DNA of 64,000 bases from a virus, in IMG/VR virus record IMGVR_UViG_3300045988_036168; one strand, written 5' to 3'. The notes under the pieces are model-generated. The model did no database searches. It worked only from the letters and a program-made list of their open reading frames with translations, and was not told the origin of the DNA. This document shows, one piece after another, positions 1 through 7,056 of the stretch. How positions within the stretch are numbered: the stretch's first letter is position 1; every line of letters starts with the position of its first letter. The position numbers and the translations under genes are program-made.

Positions 1-23
1 TGAGGGCCGGCATATCACATCAC

Positions 24-911
24 TCACTTTCCTGCCAGATATTCGGTGGCAAGCATTTCGATCAACTGCCAGCGGTTCTTGCTCGTGATGGCACCGTCCT
101 TCTCGGCCTTCTTGATGGCCTTCGTAATGGTAGCTGCAGACTCCGCAGGGATGGCGTTGCTGCCGAAAATCTTCGTCAGATACGTCCACTCCTCGTCGTC
201 CTTGAAGCCGACCTCGTCCATCTTCTCCGTGACGCTCTCGATCATGGAGTGGATGGCGGCGCCGACGTTGCGGATGTCGGAGAACTTCTGGTAGCGGGCC
301 AGCGCCTCGATGAACTGCTTGCACTGCTCGTAGGGCGCGACACCGATAATCTCAGGTGCCGAGGACTCAAGATTCTTCACCAGCGCATCCATGTCCTTCA
401 CCTGATGCGGCAGGAACGAAAACGTGATGTTCTTGAAGTCGAAATGCACCGCCGGGGACAGCAGCTTATCGTACTGCTCCAGAGGCTCCTCCATGATGTC
501 CTTGCCGATGAAGCTCTCCAGCATATCATCCACGTCGTCGAGCATCTTGCAGATCTCGCGCAGGATGGACGGGTCATCGAAACCGCTGATGGCGTTGTGT
601 GCCAACTGCTTCGATGCGATCTTGGAGCGGGACAGGCCGCTCACGTCGATGATGGCGATAATCTCCTTCATGCCGGCGGCGCGGGCGCTCTTGATGCGGT
701 GGTGGCCGGAGATAATCTCCAGAACGCCGTCTTTCTCCACCAGCAGGGGCAGGCTCTCAAGCTGGCCGCGGTTCTTGATGTTCGCGGTGAGCTGATCCTG
801 CATTTCCTTCCTCATGATGCGGGCGTTGATGTCCTGCTCCCGCACCTTATCAAGCTGGACTTTGGCGATAATCAGGCCGGTGCCCATGTCGTAAATCTTC
901 TCGTAGCTCAT
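24..911 (-). CDS. ParB/sulfiredoxin-like nuclease-domain protein
   Basis: ORF 24..956 trimmed to ATG 911 (ATGA overlap with stop of upstream MTase gene). LEIISGHHRIKSARAAG matches the ParB N-terminal GxxR box. Confidence 0.75.
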   Translation of the reverse strand: MSYEKIYDMGTGLIIAKVQLDKVREQDINARIMRKEMQDQLTANIKNRGQLESLPLLVEKDGVLEIISGHHRIKSARAAGMKEIIAIIDVSGLSRSKIASKQLAHNAISGFDDPSILREICKMLDDVDDMLESFIGKDIMEEPLEQYDKLLSPAVHFDFKNITFSFLPHQVKDMDALVKNLESSAPEIIGVAPYEQCKQFIEALARYQKFSDIRNVGAAIHSMIESVTEKMDEVGFKDDEEWTYLTKIFGSNAIPAESAATITKAIKKAEKDGAITSKNRWQLIEMLATEYLAGK

Positions 912-2302
912 TGCTGTGCTCTCTTCTGCTGCCATTGTTTCTCCCTCCTCAGCCATTCGGCCAACGTAGCCTTCTCGTCACGGCCAGCCACAAGGGCGGC
1001 CTCATAGGTCAGCTTGTACCCGTTCTTCGCGTCCTCCTGCCGGTTGACCAGCTTCATGATGCCGCGAACCTCTTTGTTCTCGGCGTACTTCGTGAGCATG
1101 GCTGTACGCATCTTCGTGACCTTCTCTTGGTCGATGTCGTCGAGCAGCGTGTCCACGAAGCTCTGGTTCTGGGCCAGCATATAGCAGAGACGGCCGAGGC
1201 GGTACAGCTTGTGCGGTGCCTTCATGACGTACCACACAAAGATGGAGTCCGCAGCCATCTTCGAGATGCCGAAGACCGCGGCCACATAGCCGTCGATCAG
1301 GACAGCACGGTTGTAGGTCGCCTGCGAGCCTACGAAGTTGTGCGTCCAGAGCATCCGGTAATACTGCGCGTTGGCGCCGGCGATCTGGATAATTCGGATG
1401 TCGCTGTCCTCTGTGATCTCATAGTCGAGCGGGAGCATACTGCATTTCAGAGGCTCCAGCTTGCCCTCCTGCGGGCGCTTGATTTTCTTCCCTTTGGCAA
1501 GGGCCACGGCTTCCTCTTCCCTGTTCGTCGTGATGTACGAGTTCAGGTCGGCGCGTGTCCCAGAGCGGGCAAAGATGGTGTGGCCGACGGCCTCACCTGC
1601 CCGTTTCTCCTGATAGCACAGGAGCAGAGCGGGAGCGTCCATCATCATGTCATAGAGCTGCTGATGGCCGGTCTCAGGGTCGAACATACCGTAGGGTGGC
1701 TCTTTCCAAGTCATCTTTCCCTGCGTGTCGTAGAACTTCTCATAGCCGGCGAAATACGTCGGCGGATTCGCCACGATGATCGTATGCGGGTCGTCCTTCA
1801 CCTCACGGAGATGATCCCACATATCCAGCGGGCGGTAGCTCATACCACCGAGCAGGCTCTTCGTGGCCTCAAGCTGTCGGCGTATGCTCTCGATGTGCTC
1901 TTCACGCCTGTCGTGCAGGTCGCGCAGGATGTTGTGGAAATACTCGTTCCCTGCGCTCTTCGATGTCCGCAGATAGATTTGCGCGTACAGAGCTACGGCC
2001 GGGTCTAACAGCTCTTCATCGGAGAAGCCCTGCGCGTGGATCTGCAGCGGTTCGAGAGACTGGCCCGTGATGGCGTAGCCCATCACCGAGGTCATCATGT
2101 TCACGTCGCTGGTTTCGATCTGCTCAGGCTTGAACCCCGACTGGACTGCCAGATTCGCCATAGCGAATGTACCGGCGCATGGCTCTACGAACCGCGTGTA
2201 CCCAGAACGCCGAGCGGTCTTAATGAGCTCAATCAAAAACTTCTGCTCAACACCGTTCAGGCACCCGAGGAACATCGCTCCGGGGTCCATAAAAAACGCC
2301 AT
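908..2302 (-). CDS. N6-adenine DNA methyltransferase with about 200-aa C-terminal extension
   Basis: 464-aa ORF. FVEPCAGTFAM (SAM-binding motif I-like) and IVANPPTYFAG (NPPY catalytic motif). AGGAGG RBS upstream of the ATG. Confidence 0.75.
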   Translation of the reverse strand: MAFFMDPGAMFLGCLNGVEQKFLIELIKTARRSGYTRFVEPCAGTFAMANLAVQSGFKPEQIETSDVNMMTSVMGYAITGQSLEPLQIHAQGFSDEELLDPAVALYAQIYLRTSKSAGNEYFHNILRDLHDRREEHIESIRRQLEATKSLLGGMSYRPLDMWDHLREVKDDPHTIIVANPPTYFAGYEKFYDTQGKMTWKEPPYGMFDPETGHQQLYDMMMDAPALLLCYQEKRAGEAVGHTIFARSGTRADLNSYITTNREEEAVALAKGKKIKRPQEGKLEPLKCSMLPLDYEITEDSDIRIIQIAGANAQYYRMLWTHNFVGSQATYNRAVLIDGYVAAVFGISKMAADSIFVWYVMKAPHKLYRLGRLCYMLAQNQSFVDTLLDDIDQEKVTKMRTAMLTKYAENKEVRGIMKLVNRQEDAKNGYKLTYEAALVAGRDEKATLAEWLRREKQWQQKRAQQ

Positions 2303-2332
2303 TGTACTGACCTCCTATCGGTTTCGAGAACA

Positions 2333-2367
2333 CGAAAAAGAGGCGGCGGCCTTGCGGTCGTCACCTC
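2333..2367 (-). terminator. Intrinsic terminator/attenuator between nucleosidase and MTase genes
   Basis: Minus strand GAGGTGACGACC-GCAA-GGCCGCCGCCTC (12-position stem, 2 mismatches, GNRA loop) followed by TTTTTCGTG. Starts 18 nt after the stop at 2385. Confidence 0.45.
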
Positions 2368-2384
2368 TCAGTCGCGGTCTTCAC

Positions 2385-3056
2385 TTACATCTCGTCGATC
2401 AGCTTATCGACGATGTCCAGACAGGTCATCGCTGTCCTGCCCTTCTCATTCCAGTATTCCGCAGCGCCACCCCTAACGCTGTCGGCTACCGTTTTCACCA
2501 TCAGGCACGGAACGTCGTTGCGGTCGCAGGTCAGCAGGATCGCCGCCGCTTCCATATCGCACACATCCGCGCCGAACTCTTTGTTGAGCCAGAGCTTTTC
2601 CTCGGCCTTGCCCATGAACTTATCGCCAGAGGCGCAGCACACATGACGCAGGTTCGGGAACACTCGGCTTGCCATCTCCATAAGCCGTTCATCGGTCTGG
2701 AGCCGCCAGTCTGGGTACTCCATGTATTGACCAACAGGCACACCGTCCACGTCGGATAGGTCGTACTGCCAATGCACCACGCAGTCAACGAGGCAAGGCT
2801 CGTCGGCCATCAGGTCTTCTCTGCAGCCTCCCACTACGCCGTAATTAAGAACCGCAGCGACTTCGTAGCGGTCGATAAGGTATTGTGTTGCGGCGGCCGC
2901 GAAAATCTCACCTGCGCCGCTATACAGGGCGTAGACTTGGCTTTTGGCGGTTTGATAAAGCACTGTGCCGTAGCCGTCGTTCAAATCGTAGCCTTCGCCG
3001 TATTTCTGGCGCATGGCCTCTTCCTCGACCGCTACGATCAGTCCGATCTTCCTCAT
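2385..3056 (-). CDS. mtnN: MTA/SAH nucleosidase-family (PNP/UDP fold) protein
   Basis: ORF 2385..3185 trimmed to ATG 3056 with GGAG RBS. KIGLIVAVEEE, YSGAGE, NYGVVGG, ASGDKF, CDMEAAA and VKTVAD align with the MtnN/Pfs catalytic motifs. Confidence 0.7.
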   Translation of the reverse strand: MRKIGLIVAVEEEAMRQKYGEGYDLNDGYGTVLYQTAKSQVYALYSGAGEIFAAAATQYLIDRYEVAAVLNYGVVGGCREDLMADEPCLVDCVVHWQYDLSDVDGVPVGQYMEYPDWRLQTDERLMEMASRVFPNLRHVCCASGDKFMGKAEEKLWLNKEFGADVCDMEAAAILLTCDRNDVPCLMVKTVADSVRGGAAEYWNEKGRTAMTCLDIVDKLIDEM

Positions 3057-3074
3057 GGAGTCACTCCTCGATGC

Positions 3075-3105
3075 AAGAGAAAAGGCAGCCGGTTCGCCGA
3101 CTGCC
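3075..3105 (-). terminator. Intrinsic terminator closing the tRNA-like array
   Basis: Minus strand GGCAGTCGG-CGAA-CCGGCTGCC (9 bp including one G:U) followed by TTTTCTCTT. Confidence 0.6.
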
Positions 3106-3117
3106 TTTCTCGTATTC

Positions 3118-3191
3118 TGGACCGGGCCCCAGCTTGCGAGGCTGGAACGCCTGCCGGGGAGGCAGGAATGATGCACTTTCACCAAGCCCGG
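3118..3191 (-). ncRNA. Non-canonical tRNA-shaped RNA, unit A (74 nt, loop CUCCCCG, encoded U-CCA)
   Basis: Minus strand folds as CCGGGCT-TG-GTGA-AAGTGCA-TCAT-T-CCTGC-CTCCCCG-GCAGG-CGTT-CCAGC-CTCGCAA-GCTGG-GGCCCGG-T-CCA. This is a full cloverleaf, paralogous to units B and C. Confidence 0.6.
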
Positions 3192-3194
3192 ATA

Positions 3195-3267
3195 TGGACC
3201 GGGAATCCGCTTACGGGGCGGAAACTCTCGACAGGATGCCGAGCGTGATACCTTTCGCTATTCCCGG
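3195..3267 (-). ncRNA. Non-canonical tRNA-shaped RNA, unit B (73 nt, loop CAUCCUG, encoded U-CCA)
   Basis: Minus strand folds as CCGGGAA-TA-GCGA-AAGGTA-TCAC-G-CTCGG-CATCCTG-TCGAG-AGTT-TCCGC-CCCGTAA-GCGGA-TTCCCGG-T-CCA. There is one C:A mismatch in the D stem. Confidence 0.6.
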
Positions 3268-3292
3268 ATGTTGCCCCGATGGTCGGGGCCTA

Positions 3293-3369
3293 TGGCACGG
3301 ACGGTTGGGAATCGAACCCACCACACGCGGTTTTGGAGACCGTGTCGCCACCTTGGGACATTCGCCCGT
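3293..3369 (-). tRNA. tRNA-Trp (anticodon CCA), slightly aberrant
   Basis: Minus strand ACGGGCG..CGGT-CTCCAAA-ACCG..GTGGG-TTCGATT-CCCAAC-CGTCCGT-G-CCA. Has the bacterial Trp-type anticodon loop, A1:U72, G73 and a canonical T loop. Irregularities: a 1-nt bulge in the T stem, an A:C mismatch in the anticodon stem, and an irregular D-arm junction. Confidence 0.65.
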
Positions 3370-3372
3370 ATA

Positions 3373-3446
3373 TGGACCGGAACCCTACTTGCGAGGTAGG
3401 AACTCCCTCAAGGATAGAGGGCGTGATGCTCTTTCACCAGTTCCGG
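3373..3446 (-). ncRNA. Non-canonical tRNA-shaped RNA, unit C (74 nt, loop UAUCCUU, encoded U-CCA)
   Basis: Minus strand folds as CCGGAAC-TG-GTGA-AAGAGCA-TCAC-G-CCCTC-TATCCTT-GAGGG-AGTT-CCTAC-CTCGCAA-GTAGG-GTTCCGG-T-CCA. All four stems are perfect. Confidence 0.65.
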
Positions 3447-3454
3447 GTATCTGA

Positions 3455-3611
3455 TGTGCGGGCGGGGATTTGTCACCCCGCATAGCACAGGCAGCGTACA
3501 ACGTGCTTTCTTCCCGTCCGAGGTAGCTACTTAACCCCAATAGGTCTGCGTTCTGTTGTGCCCTTCTGCGCCGCATACCCTTGCTGCGTCTACCTATTCC
3601 GCCACCGCACA
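3455..3611 (-). ncRNA. 157-nt structured RNA with tRNA-Leu-like 5' D-arm and closing acceptor-like helix
   Basis: Minus strand TGTGCGG-TG-GCGGAATAGGTAGACGC...CGGGG-TGACAAAT-CCCCG-CCGCACA. Has a 7-bp terminal helix, a type-II tRNA-like D-arm, about 100 nt of inserted sequence and no encoded CCA. Confidence 0.35.
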
Positions 3612-3626
3612 TCACCGGCCTGCCGG

Positions 3627-4082
3627 TTACAGCAGGCTCAGTTGCTCAACTTTCTCTTCAGGCGGTTTTGCCGCCTTAGGCTGCTTCAAAGCGTCAGTCT
3701 CAGGCATCTCCTCGATGACCTCGCCGGTGTGGGCCAGCCACCACTCCGCAAACAACGTGCGGTGGCACCAGTTCTCAGGCTTACGGATGTCCTCAAAGCA
3801 GAGCAGAACCAGCTTCTTGTCCTCCTCCTGAGCCTTGGCGTCAAGCCGCTGGACGATGCCGATAATCTTATCGACGCCGATCTTATCCAGCTTCTTGAAA
3901 TACTCGGCCTTGTACTCCTCATAGCCCAGCTTCAGCATATCGTACCGCGGAGCCAGCGCGTAGCACTGTTCACGGATCTCGTACCCAGTTGAAAATCTGG
4001 GCTTGCCGACGCTGATGCCGACGGGATAATACCCATCGTTTCGGAGTTCCTTGTTGCTATACCGACCTGTCATAATTGCCAT
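3627..4082 (-). CDS. DUF488 (YeaO-like) family protein
   Basis: 151 aa. The LLCFED...CHR motif and overall pattern are typical of DUF488. AGGAGG RBS. Confidence 0.65.
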   Translation of the reverse strand: MAIMTGRYSNKELRNDGYYPVGISVGKPRFSTGYEIREQCYALAPRYDMLKLGYEEYKAEYFKKLDKIGVDKIIGIVQRLDAKAQEEDKKLVLLCFEDIRKPENWCHRTLFAEWWLAHTGEVIEEMPETDALKQPKAAKPPEEKVEQLSLL

Positions 4083-4110
4083 GTGATTGCCTCCTGAATA
4101 TCTTTACTTT

Positions 4111-4138
4111 ATTGTACCATACGGCCTACCTAAAGCAA
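4111..4138 (-). promoter_or_regulatory. Sigma-70-type promoter with TAGGTAGG box (drives DUF488 gene and RNA locus)
   Basis: Minus strand TTGCTT-TAGGTAGGCCGTATGG-TACAAT (16-nt spacer), about 25 nt upstream of the ATG at 4082. Confidence 0.55.
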
Positions 4139-4368
4139 GGTTTTACGGTGTCGCTACGCATTTTTGTGACCTTGTTCGGATGCCTCGCGCCTCGCTGTGG
4201 CAGGCTGTGAAATCCCTTTTTAGGGGTGACACATACCCAGCCGATGGCCCTCCGCCTCACCGTTCCGCCGTCGTGGCGTTTTCGATGCAGGTTTCAGGCC
4301 CTCAGGCGCCGTGTGGTTGTGATACTCAGGGGTTCTCACCAAGCAGCGCCTTGCTGGGTCTGTTGCGC

Positions 4369-5538
4369 TTACTTGATGGCTTCGAGCAGCTTCTCCGCGG
4401 TGTCCGTCTGCTCCCAAGTACGCTCCTCGCCGATGACGTTGCCGAAGTGTCCGTAGGCGGAAGTGTTCTTGTAGACGGGCTTGCGAAGGTCAAGCCAGTT
4501 GATAATGCCTCTGGGGGTCAGATCATAGACGGCCTCGACGGCGTCGCAGATCTTATCCTCGGCGTACTTGCCGGTGCCGTAGGTATCGACTCGGATGCTC
4601 ACGGGCTGCGGTACACCGATTGCATAGGCGAGCTGGACCTGACACTTATCAGCGATTCCGGCAGCCACGATGTTCTTTGCGATGTGGCGGGCTGCATACG
4701 CTGCAGAGCGGTCAACCTTGGTGGGGTCTTTACCAGAGAAGGCGCCACCACCGTGCGCGGCATAGCCGCCGTAGGTGTCAACGATGATCTTACGTCCGGT
4801 GAGGCCCGAGTCCGCGGCAGGGCCACCCTTGACAAATCGGCCCGTGGGATTGATGAACAGGCTGTAAGTGACCACGTCCATATCAGGCCGATAGGTCAGC
4901 AGTTCGTCGAGGACAGGCTTGATGACGTGTTTCTGCAGGGGTTCGATCAGATCCTCCGGGGCAACACATTCCTCATGCTGGGTAGAGATGACGACGGTGT
5001 CAACCCGTACCGGGTTGCCCCCCTCGTCATACTCCACCGTTACCTGTGTCTTGCCATCGGGGAGGATGTGAGGGATCGTGCCATCCTTTCTCTTCTTCAT
5101 CAGCAGGTATGCCATCTTATTCGCCAGCGTGATAGGCAGGGGCATCAGATCCGGTGTCTCGTTACAGGCGTAGCCGAACATCATTCCCTGATCCCCCGCT
5201 CCGCCGACTCCATCGTTGGTTCCCATTGCGATGTCGGGACTCTGCTCGTCGATAGCTACCATCACCGCGCAGGTGTTGCCGTCAAATCCCGCCTTGGGGC
5301 TGTCATAGCCGATGTCCTTCAGGACGCCGCGGGCGATACCGGCAAAGTCGATGTAGTGCTCCGTGCTGATCTCGCCCATGACCAGCACCATGCCGGTCGT
5401 GCAGCAGGTCTCGCAGGCCACACGGCCATTCGGGTCATGCTTCATGACCTCGTCGAGCACTGCGTCAGAGATGCGGTCGCACACTTTATCGGGATGGCCT
5501 TCCGTGACCGATTCCGAAGTGAAGAGTATCTTGCTCAT
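4369..5538 (-). CDS. metK: S-adenosylmethionine synthetase
   Basis: 389 aa. [36 protein letters not shown] and [19 protein letters not shown] are hallmark MetK motifs. AAGGAGG RBS. Confidence 0.97.
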   Translation of the reverse strand: MSKILFTSESVTEGHPDKVCDRISDAVLDEVMKHDPNGRVACETCCTTGMVLVMGEISTEHYIDFAGIARGVLKDIGYDSPKAGFDGNTCAVMVAIDEQSPDIAMGTNDGVGGAGDQGMMFGYACNETPDLMPLPITLANKMAYLLMKKRKDGTIPHILPDGKTQVTVEYDEGGNPVRVDTVVISTQHEECVAPEDLIEPLQKHVIKPVLDELLTYRPDMDVVTYSLFINPTGRFVKGGPAADSGLTGRKIIVDTYGGYAAHGGGAFSGKDPTKVDRSAAYAARHIAKNIVAAGIADKCQVQLAYAIGVPQPVSIRVDTYGTGKYAEDKICDAVEAVYDLTPRGIINWLDLRKPVYKNTSAYGHFGNVIGEERTWEQTDTAEKLLEAIK

Positions 5539-5722
5539 GCGTTGAACCTCCTTGTTGTCTTTCCGTTTCGTCTGGATTTCTTGTCACCCTCGGACTCTCC
5601 AGATTTTCTATGCTACACGATAATACAGGTTGATGGTGAACTTCAATCCCGTTCGCTCCCCATCAATTCTTGTTACTCTCTTTTTGTCTCTTTTCCTGTC
5701 TTTTACTCCCCGATACAGGTAT

Positions 5723-6010
5723 TCAAATGCGCTCACGGTGGACGGCTTCGCCGTGGAAGCAACACCCGCAGTAAACCCAGACGCCATCCTTGAAGGCGAA
5801 CGTCATAAACGTCGGGCGCCAGCGGCCATTCTCGTCTACCATGTGGTCGTATGCCTCGCCCACCTGCAGATACCCGCTCGACATGGATGCGGGCGGGACG
5901 CAGTCGCGGAAGTCATTGACAATCTGCTCGTCCACGGTGTCTCCGGGCTGTGCCGCTTTGTAGAAGTCCCCGGCCGCCGCCCAAACCTCCCGAGTGATGT
6001 GTTTGCTCAT
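5723..6010 (-). CDS. hypothetical protein (95 aa)
   Basis: ORF-track ORF, co-directional, 4-nt overlap with the upstream gene. No recognisable motif. Confidence 0.55.
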   Translation of the reverse strand: MSKHITREVWAAAGDFYKAAQPGDTVDEQIVNDFRDCVPPASMSSGYLQVGEAYDHMVDENGRWRPTFMTFAFKDGVWVYCGCCFHGEAVHRERI

Positions 6011-6534
6011 GCCTTATCCTCCTTGATGTAGTTTTCATTGAGCCAGTCGATCCATCCAGAGATACCTCCGCAGGCGTCCAGCACGTCATCCGCGTCATCC
6101 ACGATGCTCGATCCGTGCCAATGCCCCTTCGGGTCTTTCACGAATGCCTCGATCCAGCTATTGTTCTCAAATGCCACCTTGTTCTCAGCCGTTTCGTCTG
6201 CGTTGAGGGCGTCCCACAGCTCCGCGTCGCTCTTGAAGGTAGTCCTCAGAGTGTCAGATGCCGCCATGTTCATCGCGCCGGTGTTCTGCTTGTTCTTATA
6301 CAGGAAATCGTGGCCGTTCATGAAGCCGACGATCTCGACGTCTCCATGTACCTCGACGGACACCTCATAGCCCTTGTATCTCAGGCCACCGATATGGCCG
6401 CCGTACCACACGCAATCGAGGTGGTCATCGTCAATGAAAATGCTCTCCTCGGTCAGAAGCTCCGCGCCGAACGCCTTCGCGTCGGCCTGCATCTTGCGGT
6501 AGCGCCGCTCGATCTTATGCCGGCTCATAGCCAT
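6007..6534 (-). CDS. hypothetical protein (175 aa)
   Basis: ORF-track ORF in a coupled minus-strand operon. No recognisable motif. Confidence 0.6.
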   Translation of the reverse strand: MAMSRHKIERRYRKMQADAKAFGAELLTEESIFIDDDHLDCVWYGGHIGGLRYKGYEVSVEVHGDVEIVGFMNGHDFLYKNKQNTGAMNMAASDTLRTTFKSDAELWDALNADETAENKVAFENNSWIEAFVKDPKGHWHGSSIVDDADDVLDACGGISGWIDWLNENYIKEDKA

Positions 6535-7055
6535 CTCTCCTTCACCATCATATAGGCGTACACCGCCTTAACAGTTTCCTCCAGATTGCGGTTGCTGAAC
6601 CACGCATCCGCCATGACGTGCAGGTCCTCAAACTCCTTGGCATCGAACTGCAAGCGCTCTTTCACCGCCTCCGGTGCATCTCCGCGTTCGAGCATTCTCT
6701 CAGTTCTCTCCTCCTGTGGGGCATAGATGGCAATGACTACCACCTCTTTGCTGCCGGAATATCTCTCCCACATATACCGGATTCCAGCGGGGTCGATCAC
6801 ATAGATGTCGTTCTCCTCAATGACAGACTCCGGTACGCCGTAGCGGTAGCCGTTGTAAAGCGTAAACGCGCACATCTTGCCAGCCGCATCGAACTGCTCG
6901 GGCGTAACGAAGATATGGCCGGGTTCGCCATCGAAACGGGGCGGGCGCTCCGTGTATGACCAAACTTCCTTCAGGCCGTACCTCTGCGTCAGCTCGCGGG
7001 CGACGCTGGATTTTCCAGAACCGGACGGGCCGGCAAGCAGGTAGATGTTTTTCAT
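6525..7055 (-). CDS. Guanylate-kinase-like P-loop nucleotide kinase
   Basis: P-loop GPSGSGKSS plus SYTERPPRFDGEPGHIFV, which resembles the guanylate-kinase substrate motif. Confidence 0.7.
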   Translation of the reverse strand: MKNIYLLAGPSGSGKSSVARELTQRYGLKEVWSYTERPPRFDGEPGHIFVTPEQFDAAGKMCAFTLYNGYRYGVPESVIEENDIYVIDPAGIRYMWERYSGSKEVVVIAIYAPQEERTERMLERGDAPEAVKERLQFDAKEFEDLHVMADAWFSNRNLEETVKAVYAYMMVKERWL

Positions 7056-7056
7056 T

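Noticed and set aside
2385-3185. N-terminal extensions of many ORF-track entries, for example 2385..3185, 7487..7990, 16765..17229, 23654..24088, 23949..24395, 25403..27202, 33205..33792, 36476..36898, 37495..37884, 41417..42088, 52972..53565 and 57531..58472.
   Set aside because: The extensions are Arg/Ser/Pro-rich read-through of upstream genes or RNA genes. Internal ATG or GTG codons with AGGAGG-type RBSs or ATGA overlaps give compact, motif-complete proteins. The 2385..3185 extension would also run through the terminator and tRNA-like unit A.
2385-3446. A type III toxin-antitoxin locus (RNA repeats, then a terminator, then a toxin gene), with the nucleosidase as the toxin.
   Set aside because: The repeats are 74-nt cloverleaves rather than short pseudoknot repeats. 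The downstream protein is not an endoRNase of the ToxN/AbiE type, and it retains all MtnN catalytic motifs. It is kept only as an alternative to test.
3060-3620. The whole 560-nt non-coding tract as a ROOL- or GOLLD-type large ornate RNA. These are often found next to tRNAs in prophages.
   Set aside because: I cannot recall or verify their consensus from memory. The tract resolves cleanly into discrete tRNA-sized cloverleaves with CCA ends and TAT spacers. I therefore list it as a check (cmsearch) rather than a call.
4160-4215. A preQ1-I-like motif (GGGT..ACCC followed by CTAAAAAGGG) downstream of metK.
   Set aside because: The P1 and tail pairing and the conserved loop nucleotides do not fit. 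It also lies in a 3' UTR rather than upstream of any gene.
5539-5722. A SAM-I (S-box) or SMK-box riboswitch in the metK leader.
   Set aside because: Only a short GAGAG..GAGGG-like stretch resembles the S-box core. The GGCCC, GCAACC and anti-terminator elements are absent. A covariance-model search is needed, so it is reported only as an open question.
4087-5793. A 568-aa plus-strand ORF, together with many other long ORFs on the strand opposite the called genes (for example 249..1007, 911..2008, 11820..13718, 17477..19249, 20271..21815, 31015..32211, 48463..49563, 49338..50453, 51299..52369 and minus-strand 26222..27271).
   Set aside because: These are antisense shadow ORFs of the kind expected in GC-rich coding DNA. 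The opposite strand carries unambiguous motifs (MetK, RtcB, DnaC-like, RecT, Dcm, serine recombinase). The shadow translations are low-complexity and Arg/Ala/Gly/Leu/His-rich, with no RBS context.
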